Shown here piece after piece: positions 1 through 9,441 of a DNA stretch of 64,000 nucleotides. How positions within the stretch are numbered: the first letter of the stretch is position 1; each line of letters starts with the position of its first letter. Location: the NCBI GenBank assembly GCA_964585945.1, contig CAZPGB010000028.1, forward strand, positions 8,736-72,735, read 5' to 3'. The notes beneath the pieces were generated by a model that saw only the letters and a list, made by a program, of their open reading frames with translations, had not been told where the DNA came from and made no database searches. This stretch comes from an uncultured bacterium. Lineage in GTDB: Bacteria > Eisenbacteria > RBG-16-71-46 > CAIMUX01 > WJJG01. Both the position numbers and the translations under genes were made by a program.

Positions 1-2211
1 CCCGGTCGAGTCCAGCTTGGCGAGGAGCAGCGCGTCGACTGTCGGATAGCTCTCGTACCGCGTCGCGGCGTACTCATCGTCGCGCTGCACGGGCATCGAC
101 GTGACCGCGGCGAGTGATGCTGCGGCGCAGGCGCGCAGTCTCTCCTGGTGTCGCTGGAGCTTGTGCCGCAGATGCTCGACAAACGGGGGCATGGCCTCGT
201 GCGGTGCGCAGTACGACTGCTCGAGCACTTGCCGGATGTCGGTCGGTAGCGTGATCGTCGCTCGGGCGCTCCACAAATGGTACGCGCGCCATAGTACATA
301 GGGCGCGTAGACCCTGGCATTCGGCTTGCCGATCAGCTCTTCAAGAGATGCGGCGTCCGTCGCCTGGTGTAGTGGTCCTGCAACCACCAAGAGCTCGGGT
401 TGATCACACGGCCGGCCGGTGCGGGGGTGGCGCCACAACCGGCCAAGTCGCTGGAGCAGCATGTCGCTCGGAGCGAGTTCGCTGATCATGAAGTCGGCGT
501 CGATGTCAACACTCTGTTCGACGACCTGAGTGCCGACCAGCACTGCTCCGGGCGGGCGGTTCCCGTCGCGGCCGAGACGCTCCATCCACAATTGCTCAAG
601 CGCGGTTCGCCGCCAGGCGGGAAAGCGCGAGTGCAGCAGCCCGACGTCGAGGCCCTCGCGGGCGGCGGATCTGACCAGACGGAACCACTCCTGGGCTCGG
701 CGGACAGTGTTGGCGATACAGACGACGCATTGGCCTTGTTCGGCGCGCTCGACTGAACGGGCGGCCACCTCTTGGTCGCTAAGCGCTTCGAGCGAGAGAT
801 GGACGGTCATTGACGGCGGAGGCTCGGCGGGACAGCTCCCCCACGAGCCGCTGGCGAACCACGTGGTGAGTGGATACTCGTCACCGGCGGGTGGGTTGGA
901 GTAGGGCAGAACCTGGGCTCGCCGCTGCGTGGTCAGGGTCGCTGAAAGAACGATGACCGTGCAGCCGATGCCGGCAAGCAAGTCGACGAGACGATCAAGC
1001 AAGCTGCCGGTGTACATGTCGTAGGAGTGAACCTCGTCGAGGATGACGACCTTCCCGGCTAGGCCGAAGGCTCGGACGAAGAAGTGGCGGACACGCAGGA
1101 CGGCGAGGAGCGCTTGGTCGATCGTACCCACACCGAAGGGGTAGAGCAGGGTGCGCTTGGCCGGCGTGAACCAGCGGCCGCCGCCGCTAAGTTCCTCGCC
1201 CCCGCGCTCAACCAACCAGGCGCCACCGTGCGCCAGTCGAGCACCGGAGGGGGATAGGCAGATGCGGGAGAGGAACCGCTCCACGCGCAGGTGGATGCGG
1301 TTGCTAGTCAGCCGGGTAGGGAGGGCGAAGTACAGGCCGTGGTGCATGCCCGCAGCCATAAGTCTGTAGGCTGCGTAGAGGGCGGCCTCGGTCTTGCCCA
1401 GGCCCATCGGGGCCTCCAATACGTAGACGCCCGGGCCCTTGACGGAGTCGATGAACGCACGCTGCATCGGGTTCGGCTGGAATCCGGATCCAAACACCTC
1501 TTCGAAGCTCATACCTTCGGCAAAGTTCGGGCGTTGCCAGCCGCACTCGCGAACTGCTCGCTCGGCCCGGCTTGAGCCTTCCGCGAACGGGCTACCTCCC
1601 GCTGGGGGATAAAGCGTCTCGTCCGAAGCGATCCAATCGGCCACGCAGGTCAGACCGGCCAGGATGTTCTGTTGCTGATGGGTCAACGAACCGCTGGGAA
1701 GGGGGCCGAGCAGCCGCACCAGCTCGGCGATCAACCCGTGCCGCTCTGCCGCCCATGCAGGTCCTCCGTAGATTCGGTCTGTATGTCTGCCCCGGTTCTC
1801 CGACCGGACGCCGTGGTGTGCTCCGACGACCTCGTGCAATCTTGTTGCCTGCGTTCCGCTCCACTCTGCGAGGGCGAGCTCGCCCACCGTCGCGTGATTG
1901 GTCTCGAAGCCACCACCGTGGTCGACCAACTCCGGCAGCTCGCGGCGCAGGTAATCCATGAAGTACTTGCGCAGAAACCCAGGCGATACCTTCCCGACGT
2001 CGTGGACCGCCACGGCGGTGGGTGCGCCCTCTGGCAGCAGCCGGCGCGTCGAGAGTGGCAGCACGGTAAGCAACGCCGCTGCGACCTGACCGGCGTCGTA
2101 GCAGTGCTCGAGAACGCTCATCCCCGGGCGGTCCTCGGCCGTGGACTTGGCTACGCATTTTTGCCAAGGCAGTGCGGGCAGTGGCCTAGCTGGGGATTTC
2201 CTGCGCAACAT
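1..2211 (-). CDS. cas3: CRISPR-associated helicase/nuclease Cas3 (type I-E-like), 3' end runs off the window
   Basis: Manual translation of the minus strand from ATG 2211 (GGGAG upstream) towards base 1 found no stop. HD-domain motifs EHCYD, HDVGKVSPGF, VGAHHG, LAGLTCVADWIASD; helicase motifs EAPMGLGKTEAA, PFGVGTIDQ, VVILDEVHSY, LSATL, LHSRF, TQVVEQSVDID, LQRLGRLWRH. Missing from the ORF track because there is no stop codon in the window. Confidence 0.95.
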   Translation of the reverse strand, partial: MLRRKSPARPLPALPWQKCVAKSTAEDRPGMSVLEHCYDAGQVAAALLTVLPLSTRRLLPEGAPTAVAVHDVGKVSPGFLRKYFMDYLRRELPELVDHGGGFETNHATVGELALAEWSGTQATRLHEVVGAHHGVRSENRGRHTDRIYGGPAWAAERHGLIAELVRLLGPLPSGSLTHQQQNILAGLTCVADWIASDETLYPPAGGSPFAEGSSRAERAVRECGWQRPNFAEGMSFEEVFGSGFQPNPMQRAFIDSVKGPGVYVLEAPMGLGKTEAALYAAYRLMAAGMHHGLYFALPTRLTSNRIHLRVERFLSRICLSPSGARLAHGGAWLVERGGEELSGGGRWFTPAKRTLLYPFGVGTIDQALLAVLRVRHFFVRAFGLAGKVVILDEVHSYDMYTGSLLDRLVDLLAGIGCTVIVLSATLTTQRRAQVLPYSNPPAGDEYPLTTWFASGSWGSCPAEPPPSMTVHLSLEALSDQEVAARSVERAEQGQCVVCIANTVRRAQEWFRLVRSAAREGLDVGLLHSRFPAWRRTALEQLWMERLGRDGNRPPGAVLVGTQVVEQSVDIDADFMISELAPSDMLLQRLGRLWRHPRTGRPCDQPELLVVAGPLHQATDAASLEELIGKPNARVYAPYVLWRAYHLWSARATITLPTDIRQVLEQSYCAPHEAMPPFVEHLRHKLQRHQERLRACAAASLAAVTSMPVQRDDEYAATRYESYPTVDALLLAKLDSTG

Positions 2212-2746
2212 GCGACAACTCCCGCGAGTGGTGCCCGACGTCGGCGCCGCCAGGCGGGGCTGTTCCGGCAGCGGTCGGACGAACCGGCTCGTTCACTCGT
2301 CTCGCAGCGATGGTGGGCGTGTCCGCCGCGTGGGCGGCCCACAGGGCCTTGACACAAACAGCCATGAAATCTCGGTTGCCAAACTGGACCTCGCGTTGCC
2401 TCACATGCTTTGGGAAGTTCTCCTCCGTCATGGTTGGTGTCATCCTGATGCCCTCGGCCTGCAGCATTCTGTTTTGTCCAACGGGCTTGCTCGACGCAAG
2501 CTCGAGGCCAGCCCTGTAATGGCATGAGAGCAAGCTGATCAGGAACATTCGCACTCGAAGAAGGCCCCCCGGGGCCGGCACTAGGGAGTTATACAGACCA
2601 CCACCGCACGAGTCCCCGAAGGTTACTTCTCATGAGGCTCAGCAAAGCACAGGTTCGAGGCCGTGTCCACTCCATTCCACAGGTGTATTTCGTTGAATGT
2701 CTCCCCCGCCGGATGGGGAGTCTTACAACGTCCGGAATTGCCTTAG

Positions 2747-4259
2747 CCCTGATCCGGCAGACTTGAGAGCGGCATGGTGAGCGAAAGGTATTGAAAATGG
2801 GCTCTGCTTGTGTTTTTTCGGAAGTATCAATCAACCGAAACACAAGTCTGGAGAGCCCATTCCCAATGAGAAGAAGAAAACGCATTCTGGGGCGCCGTGT
2901 CAACGCCGATCTGAATCTCCAGTTCGGCGACGAGCAACTGACCTCCCATGCCGGCCTCGAGCTCTTCGCGCGGCGCCTGCGGGCCATCGGCTTCAACGAG
3001 CTACTGCGCGAGAGCTTCCGCGGCGTGGATCTGCGCGGCGACTACTCCCTGGTCGCGGTCGTCCGTCTACTCCTGGCCATGCTCTGGGTGGGCGGTCGCC
3101 GCCTGCGCCATGTCCAGTTCCTCTCCCGGGATCCCCTGGTCATGCGCTTCGCCGGTCTGGTCGCGCTGCCGGATGAGCGGACCCTGAGCCGCTGGCTGAA
3201 GCAGTTTAATCAAAGGGCGCTGGCCTGCTTGCGGTCATTGAACCTGTTTCTGGTCACTGCCCGCATCCGTGTCTTGGGACTGGCCCGGCTGACGCTGGAT
3301 CTCGACGGCACGGTCAACCCGACCGGCCTGCGGGTCGCCTGGGCCCAGCGGGGCTTCAATCCCCACCAGCGGAAGGTCCCGAGCTATTACCCCATCCTGG
3401 CTCACGTGGCGCAGACCGGGCAGATCATCGATCTGAAGAACCGCCCGGGGAACGTGCACGACGGCGCCCGGTCGGAGGGTTTCGTGCGCGGCCTGATCCG
3501 CGACCTGCGGCGGCTGGGCAACGGGATGAAGCTCGAGTTCCGGTGCGATGGGGCCTTCTTTCAGCGGCCTTTGCTGCACTTGTTGCAGCGCTACGGCTGT
3601 GAGTACGCCATCAAGGTACCGATGTGGCGGTGGTTGGGGGTGAAGGAACTGATCCAGATGCGGATGCGTTGGGAGCCGGTAGCGCCTGGCATCTCGGGCT
3701 TCGCGGCGGTTCTACCGGTCCCGAAATGGGGACTGAAGCTGCGGGTGGCGTGCTATCGCAAGCGGGTCTTCCACGAGACGGCCAAGAACTACCAGCTGGA
3801 TCTCTTCTCGCCGGACGACGGTACCTACGAGTATTCGGCCGTGGCGACAAACAAGACGATGACGATCGCGAACCTATGGTTCTTCATGGCCGGACGTGGG
3901 GCGCAGGAGAAAACGATTGCGGAGCTGAAGAGCGGGTTCGCGTTCGACACGGTGCCGACGAATCACTACGGAGCCAACAGCGCATGGCAATGGCTGAGCG
4001 TGTTGGCGCACAATCTGTTCCGCGACTTTCAGATCTCCATGCAGGAGGAACGTGGACGCAAGACGCGCAAGAGGACCTTCCTCTTCCGGCTTCAGTCGAT
4101 CGGCACAGCGCGCTTTGAATGGCTCAACACGGCGGGGCGGTTGCTGCGCCTGGCCTCCGGGCTCACGCTCAGGCTGCCGGCCTCGTCGAAGATCGAGAAG
4201 ACGTATGCTCAATGGGCGGAAAAGGCGTCACGAGCAGCCTGATTTCTGCCGGATTAGGG
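2747..4259 (+). mobile_element. IS1380-family insertion sequence, 1513 bp, complete
   Basis: 15-bp terminal inverted repeats CCCTGATCCGGCAGA (2747-2761) and TCTGCCGGATTAGGG (4245-4259, one mismatch); 4-bp flanking direct repeat TTAG at 2743-2746 and 4260-4263; encloses the transposase. Confidence 0.92.
2866..4242 (+). CDS. IS1380-family DDE transposase
   Basis: LTSHAGL N-terminal motif, TLDLDGT, RPGNVH, FRCDGAF, RGAQEKTIAELK; ATG 2866 after GGAGAG (ORF open from 2791). Confidence 0.92.
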   Translation: MRRRKRILGRRVNADLNLQFGDEQLTSHAGLELFARRLRAIGFNELLRESFRGVDLRGDYSLVAVVRLLLAMLWVGGRRLRHVQFLSRDPLVMRFAGLVALPDERTLSRWLKQFNQRALACLRSLNLFLVTARIRVLGLARLTLDLDGTVNPTGLRVAWAQRGFNPHQRKVPSYYPILAHVAQTGQIIDLKNRPGNVHDGARSEGFVRGLIRDLRRLGNGMKLEFRCDGAFFQRPLLHLLQRYGCEYAIKVPMWRWLGVKELIQMRMRWEPVAPGISGFAAVLPVPKWGLKLRVACYRKRVFHETAKNYQLDLFSPDDGTYEYSAVATNKTMTIANLWFFMAGRGAQEKTIAELKSGFAFDTVPTNHYGANSAWQWLSVLAHNLFRDFQISMQEERGRKTRKRTFLFRLQSIGTARFEWLNTAGRLLRLASGLTLRLPASSKIEKTYAQWAEKASRAA

Positions 4260-5699
4260 TTAGTCATACGTCTCTCGCGCCCGATGCAAGAACCGCCCCG
4301 ACGGCGCCGAGGTTGCCTTGCCGCGTTCGAGCACGCACCGTCCCCGCAGGAACACCGCTTGCACGCGGCCGCGCACCCGCATGCCGTCGTAAGGCGAGAA
4401 ATCGGTCGCCGAATGCAAGGCCTCGGGCCCGAGCACCCACTGCTCCTCAGAGTCGAAGAGCACCACGTCCGCATCGGCCCCCGGCTGCAGCGATCCCTTC
4501 ACCGGGGCCAGACCGTGAACGCGGGCCGGGCCGGTGGCCAGCAGCGCGACCATCCGCTGCAGGTCGATCAACCCCGTGCGGACCGCAAGGGTGTGCACCA
4601 GGGGCAGGCGCGTCTCGACGCCGGGCAGGCCGTTGGGGATCTCGGAGAAGGGACGCCCTTGCGGGAGCTTCAGGGAGCTGTGAAAGGGACAGTGATCGGT
4701 GGCGATCACGTCGACATCGCCGCGCTTCAGCGCCGCCAGCAGTGCGGCGCGGTCCTCCTCGCCCCGCAACGGGGGAGCGACCAGGAACTGCGTGGCATCG
4801 GCGCGCTCGTAGACCTCGGCGGTGAGCGCGAGGTACTGAGGACACGTTTCCAGGTACACAGGCTGTGCCCCGGAATCGCCTGCCCGCGCGGCAAGGATGG
4901 TCTCCAGGCCGGCGCGAGAGGAGACGTGGACGAAGTAGACCGGCGCACCGACATCGCGGGCGGCCTTGATCACGGCCGCGATTGCCGCCGCTTCCACCTC
5001 CGCCGGCCGGGAGCGCGCATGGTCGCGGGGCGCGGTTTCGCCGGCCGCCAGCAGGCGATCGGTACGCTCGTTGAGCATCGCGTCGTCCTCGGCGTGCACG
5101 AGCACCAGCATGCCCAGTTCGTGCGCGGCCCGCAGCACCAGGCGCAGGTTGTCGGGACCGATGGCGTGGCCCTGGCGCGAATAGCACGTGAACACCTTCA
5201 TCGTCGCGATACCCTGCCGGCGCACCGCACGCAGGTCATCGGGAAGACGGCGCGCGAAGTCGGCGGGGAAGTCGGTCAAGGTGGCGTGCAGCGCGTAGTC
5301 GGTGTGGCTGTGGCCGTCGAAGTCCGCGCGTCGGACGCCCACGCTTTCCGCCAACGCCTGTCCGGGATGCTGGCAGGTGAAGTCGATGACGGTGGTGACG
5401 CCGCCGTGGAGCGCGGCCCGCGTCCCGCTCTGTGGGTCGTCACTGGAGACGGCGCCCTTCATCGGCAGCCGCAGGTGAACGTGCGGATCGACGAGCCCCG
5501 GCAGCACCAGGAACCCTCGCGCGTCGATCCGCTCGGCGCCGGGCGCATCGATGCGGGGGGCGATGGAAGCGATCGTCTCGCCACACAGGGCGAGATCTCC
5601 GACGACCGGCGGGCCGTCGCCCGACACGATGAGGCCGCCGGTGATCACCCGGTCGACCGGCCCCTGGCCGGCTCCTTGTGTGTGCGGCTGCGAGGTCAT
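4260..5699 (-). CDS. hydA: dihydropyrimidinase / D-hydantoinase (HydA/HyuA family)
   Basis: PGLVDPHVH, GGVTTVIDF, KVFTCY, VHAED, ETCPQYL, ATDHCPF, PNGLPGVETRL, FSPYDG; the start could be as far up as 5741. Confidence 0.88.
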   Translation of the reverse strand: MTSQPHTQGAGQGPVDRVITGGLIVSGDGPPVVGDLALCGETIASIAPRIDAPGAERIDARGFLVLPGLVDPHVHLRLPMKGAVSSDDPQSGTRAALHGGVTTVIDFTCQHPGQALAESVGVRRADFDGHSHTDYALHATLTDFPADFARRLPDDLRAVRRQGIATMKVFTCYSRQGHAIGPDNLRLVLRAAHELGMLVLVHAEDDAMLNERTDRLLAAGETAPRDHARSRPAEVEAAAIAAVIKAARDVGAPVYFVHVSSRAGLETILAARAGDSGAQPVYLETCPQYLALTAEVYERADATQFLVAPPLRGEEDRAALLAALKRGDVDVIATDHCPFHSSLKLPQGRPFSEIPNGLPGVETRLPLVHTLAVRTGLIDLQRMVALLATGPARVHGLAPVKGSLQPGADADVVLFDSEEQWVLGPEALHSATDFSPYDGMRVRGRVQAVFLRGRCVLERGKATSAPSGRFLHRARETYD

Positions 5700-5765
5700 C
5701 TCGTCTCGTCTCGTCTCGATTCGACTCGCTTCGTCCCCCACCCAACCGCGGGCAACGGCATCAAG

Positions 5766-6776
5766 CTACATCAACGCCGCCATCAGCGCCTTGCAGGTGT
5801 GCAGGCGGTTCTCGGCTTCGTCGTAGACCACCGACTGAGGTCCATCGATGACCCCATCGGTCACCTCGGCCCCGCGGTCGGCCGGCAGGCAGTGCATGTA
5901 GAGCGCGCCCGGCTTGGCGCGGGCCATCCGCGTCTCGTCGCAGATCCAGGCGCGGTAGCGCTCGGCCAGCTTCAGCGACTCCTCGGGTCGCGAAAAGAGG
6001 TCCAGACAGCCCCAGCTCTTGGGGTAGACGACATCGGCGTCGGCGAAGGCGGCGTCCATCTCGTGGACCACGGTGAAGCGCCCCCCGCTCGAGCGCGCGT
6101 TGGCCTCGGCCTGCGCGAGGGGCTCGTCCATGAGGCGGAACTCGGGCGGGTGAGCCAGCACGACATCCATGCCGAACCGGGTCAGCAGGGTGATCAGGCC
6201 CTGGGGCACCGAGAGCGGTTTGGCGTAGGTGCGCGTGTAGGCCCAGCTCACCGCGACGCGGCGTCCGCGCAGGTCCGGTCCCAGCTTCTCGCGCAGCGTC
6301 ATCAGATCGGCCAGCGTCTGACAGGGATGATCGACATCGCACTGCATGTTGAGGACCGGCTTGTCGGCCCAGCGCGCCACCTCCCGCATGTACGACTGCC
6401 CTTCGCCCGGGATCTTGTCGTGCCGGACGGCGATCGCGTGACCGTAGCGGCTCAGGATCACGCCCGTGTCCTTGGCCGACTCGCCGTGGGCGACCTGGGA
6501 AGTCTCCGAGCTGATGAAGTGGGCGTGGGCGCCCAACTGCGTCGCACCGGCCTCGAAGGAGTTGCGGGTGCGGGTGGAGTTGTCGAAGAAGAGCAGGAAG
6601 ATGGTTTTGTGGGGCAGCACGATCGTCGGCTGCCCGGCCGCAAAGCGGCGCTTCATCGCCAGCGAGAGATCGAGCAGCGATTCGATCTCGGGCACGGTCC
6701 AATCCTGCGTGGCGATCCAATCGCGGCCCCGGTAGGCGCCGCCCAGCGTCAGCTCCTGATTCCCGTCACCGGACAT
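5766..6776 (-). CDS. ygeW: YgeW-like carbamoyltransferase (OTCase family)
   Basis: NSTRT, HPCQ, YPKSWG, YMHCLPA; the segment WAYTRTYAKPLSVPQGLITLLTRFGMDVVLAHP is YgeW-like; adjacent to ygeY and hydA. Confidence 0.8.
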   Translation of the reverse strand: MSGDGNQELTLGGAYRGRDWIATQDWTVPEIESLLDLSLAMKRRFAAGQPTIVLPHKTIFLLFFDNSTRTRNSFEAGATQLGAHAHFISSETSQVAHGESAKDTGVILSRYGHAIAVRHDKIPGEGQSYMREVARWADKPVLNMQCDVDHPCQTLADLMTLREKLGPDLRGRRVAVSWAYTRTYAKPLSVPQGLITLLTRFGMDVVLAHPPEFRLMDEPLAQAEANARSSGGRFTVVHEMDAAFADADVVYPKSWGCLDLFSRPEESLKLAERYRAWICDETRMARAKPGALYMHCLPADRGAEVTDGVIDGPQSVVYDEAENRLHTCKALMAALM

Positions 6777-6854
6777 GCGAGCTCTCCATGCGTTGCTGCG
6801 GCCGGTGCCCGTTGCCTGCGCGAGACGACGGGCAAGCGCCGCGCGTCATCGCCT

Positions 6855-8093
6855 TCACATCGCGTCCGCCCCGGCGGCGGCCATGAGGGACGCGAGCGTG
6901 GCGTAGAAGGCGATCGACGTCTCGATATGATCGACCGGGCACTGGTCGCTGGGCGCGTGGGCGTGCGCTTCCTGACCCGGCCCGAAGCCGATCGTGGGCA
7001 CGCCGTGCAGCCCCATGGTGGCAACCCCGTTGGTGGAGAAGGTCCACCGGCCGGCGACGCCGGGATCGCCGAGCACGAGCGCCCGGGCGCGCAGCGCCGT
7101 CTGAACGAGCGGATGCGTCTCTTCCAGCACCCACGGCGGGAAGACCTGGCGCATCGGGTAGACGAAGCCGCGATAGGTCGGCCGCTCGAAGACGGGCACC
7201 TCGATCACAACCGGCGCTGCATCCTCGCGGGCGGCGGCCGCATCGACGATCTCCCGGATCTCGGCCAACGCGCTCGCCTCGGTTTCACCTGCGGTCAGGC
7301 GGCGGTCGAGATGGATGGTGCACGAGTCGGCCACGGCGCAGAGCGAGGGGGCCGTGGAGCGCACCTGCGAGGTCGTGATGCTGCCGCGTCCGAGGAAGGG
7401 GTCATCGGTCAAATGCGCACTCATCTCTGCGATGCCGCTCACGATCGGCGCCATGCGGTGGATCGCGTTGACGCCGCGCTCGGGCGCCGAGCCGTGGCAG
7501 GAGAGGCCCCGTGTGGTGACCTCGATCTCCATCCGGCCCCGCTGTCCCCGGCAGACCTGCAGGCCGGTCGGCTCGGTGAGCACGACCGCCTCGGGTGCGA
7601 TCACCTTCTCGCTCAGAATGTAGTGCCAGCAAAGCCCGTCGCAGTCCTCCTCGAAGACCGAGCCGACGATCCAGATCGTCCACCCCTCGGCTAGCCCCAG
7701 GCGCCGGATCAACGTCCCCGCGTAGACGAGTGCCGCCATGCCGCCCTTCTGGTCGCTCGCCCCGCGCCCATAGAGAACCCCATCGCGGATCTCGCCGCCG
7801 AAGGGATCGACGCTCCACAGGCGGCGATCCCCGACGCCGACCGTGTCGACGTGCGCGTCGAAGGCCAGCGTGCGCGGACCCGCGCCGATGCGGCCCAGGA
7901 CGTTGCCGAACGGATCGATGCGCACCTCGTCGAACGCCAGGGACGTCATCCGGTCGCGGATGAGGGCGATCACCTCGCCCTCCCGGCCCGAGAGCGAGGG
8001 CGTGCGCACCAGCTCCTGGAAGAAGCCGACCGCCTCGGCGGCCATCTGTGCCGCCCCGGCGCGTATCGCACCGCCTGTTCGGTCGTCGCTCAT
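6855..8093 (-). CDS. ygeY: YgeY-family M20/ArgE-DapE amidohydrolase
   Basis: DAHVDTV, GRGASDQKGG, EEDCDGLCW, GQRGRMEI, SCHGSAPERG, WTFSTNGV, GFGPGQEAHAH. Confidence 0.88.
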   Translation of the reverse strand: MSDDRTGGAIRAGAAQMAAEAVGFFQELVRTPSLSGREGEVIALIRDRMTSLAFDEVRIDPFGNVLGRIGAGPRTLAFDAHVDTVGVGDRRLWSVDPFGGEIRDGVLYGRGASDQKGGMAALVYAGTLIRRLGLAEGWTIWIVGSVFEEDCDGLCWHYILSEKVIAPEAVVLTEPTGLQVCRGQRGRMEIEVTTRGLSCHGSAPERGVNAIHRMAPIVSGIAEMSAHLTDDPFLGRGSITTSQVRSTAPSLCAVADSCTIHLDRRLTAGETEASALAEIREIVDAAAAREDAAPVVIEVPVFERPTYRGFVYPMRQVFPPWVLEETHPLVQTALRARALVLGDPGVAGRWTFSTNGVATMGLHGVPTIGFGPGQEAHAHAPSDQCPVDHIETSIAFYATLASLMAAAGADAM

Positions 8094-8139
8094 CGTCGTG
8101 GGCCCTCTCCTTCGTGACGAAATGCCAAGCTTCGCGCGC

Positions 8140-9390
8140 TCAAGACTGGATCAGTGCCAGCACGCGATCAAGATCCGGCTCAACGTGGTGGAGACGCTCG
8201 GGGCGCAGCGTCCGCTCGGCCGCGGCGGGATCTTTGAGCCCATGGCCGGTCAGGATCAACACGACCTCGTGCTCGGGCGCGAGAACGGCCTCCTCCATCG
8301 CCCGCCGCAGTCCGGCCAGTGTCGCAGCCGCGGCCGGCTCGGCCCACAGGCCGGCGCGGGTGGCCAGAAGCGTTTGCGCTTCCAGAATCTCCTCGTCGGT
8401 GACCGTCACGAAAGCGCCGTTCGTCTCCCGCACGGCGCGTAGGGCCTTGATCTGATCGCGGGGCGTGCCCACCGCGAGCGAGTCGGCCACCGTGTGGGGC
8501 GCAACGGGGCGACACGCGGGCCGGGCGTCGCGCCACGCGTCGGCCAGCGCGCTCGACCCGGCGGCCTGCACGCCGATCAAGCGCACAGGCGCTGCGAGCA
8601 GGCCGAGGTCGCACAGGTCGCGGAACCCCTTGTGGACGCCGCCCAGGATGCATCCGTCCCCAACCGGCACCAGCACCGCGTCCGGAGCGCGGTAGCCGAG
8701 CTGTTCCCAGATCTCGAGCGCCAGCGTTTTCTTGCCTTCGCCGAGGTAGGGATTGGAGGCCGTGTTGCGGTTGTAGAAGCCGAGGCGCGCGCAGACCTCG
8801 GCGCACAGGTCGAAGGCCTGATCATAGGAGCCGTCGACCGCGAAGAGGTGGGCGCCGTGCATGCGGATCTGCATCAGCTTGCCCGCCGGGGCCGAGGAGG
8901 GCGCGAAGATGTAGGCGGGCAGGTTGGCGCCGGCGGCCAGGGCCGCGAGCGATGCGGCCGCGTTGCCGGTGGAGGCGGCCGCGACGGCCCGGGCGCCGAC
9001 CTGACGGGCGTGAACCACGGCGATCAGGCTGGCGCGGTCCTTCGACGAGCCGCTCGGCTGGCGCGCATCGTCCTTGATCCAGAGCCGGTCGGGCACCGCG
9101 AATCCCCAGTCGCAGCGCGGGCGGTAGAGCGGCGTCACCGCGATGGGCGGCGCCGGACGCGGGTCGGGGGCGGCCACCGGCAGAAGCTCGGCGTAGCGCC
9201 AGAGCGTGGAATCGCTTCGCGCGCGCAGCCGCTCGGGCGTGATGCGCGGCTTGAGGGCGGCGATGTCGTAGAGGAGATCCAGGGTGCCGTTCAGAGGACC
9301 GCAGGAGGGGCATGTGTGCACCGCGCCAGCGGGATCGAAGGGGCGCCCGCAGCGCACGCAGCGCAGTTCCTGTAGGTAGGTGTCGCGCAT
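8140..9390 (-). CDS. threonine-synthase-like PLP-dependent enzyme (fold type II) with N-terminal zinc ribbon
   Basis: CVRC..CPSC, PSGSSKDRAS (PLP lysine), ASTGNAAAS, EGKKT, PVGDGCI, EPAAA, LTGHGLKD. Confidence 0.82.
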   Translation of the reverse strand: MRDTYLQELRCVRCGRPFDPAGAVHTCPSCGPLNGTLDLLYDIAALKPRITPERLRARSDSTLWRYAELLPVAAPDPRPAPPIAVTPLYRPRCDWGFAVPDRLWIKDDARQPSGSSKDRASLIAVVHARQVGARAVAAASTGNAAASLAALAAGANLPAYIFAPSSAPAGKLMQIRMHGAHLFAVDGSYDQAFDLCAEVCARLGFYNRNTASNPYLGEGKKTLALEIWEQLGYRAPDAVLVPVGDGCILGGVHKGFRDLCDLGLLAAPVRLIGVQAAGSSALADAWRDARPACRPVAPHTVADSLAVGTPRDQIKALRAVRETNGAFVTVTDEEILEAQTLLATRAGLWAEPAAAATLAGLRRAMEEAVLAPEHEVVLILTGHGLKDPAAAERTLRPERLHHVEPDLDRVLALIQS

Positions 9391-9441
9391 CTTCGCGGAT
9401 TCCCTTTCGTGTCGCGCCGAGATCCCTGTCCGGGAAACGTC

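Noticed and set aside
2186-2581. 131-aa ORF upstream of cas3
   Set aside because: No recognisable motif or clear RBS, and it overlaps the cas3 start; it may be a remnant but cannot be supported.
4119-7694. Very long antisense ORFs (also 9409-12300, 15124-17472, 18910-21861, 23257-26421, 50751-53048, 56927-59239)
   Set aside because: They are antisense shadows of well-supported genes, expected in high-GC DNA, and show no recognisable motifs.
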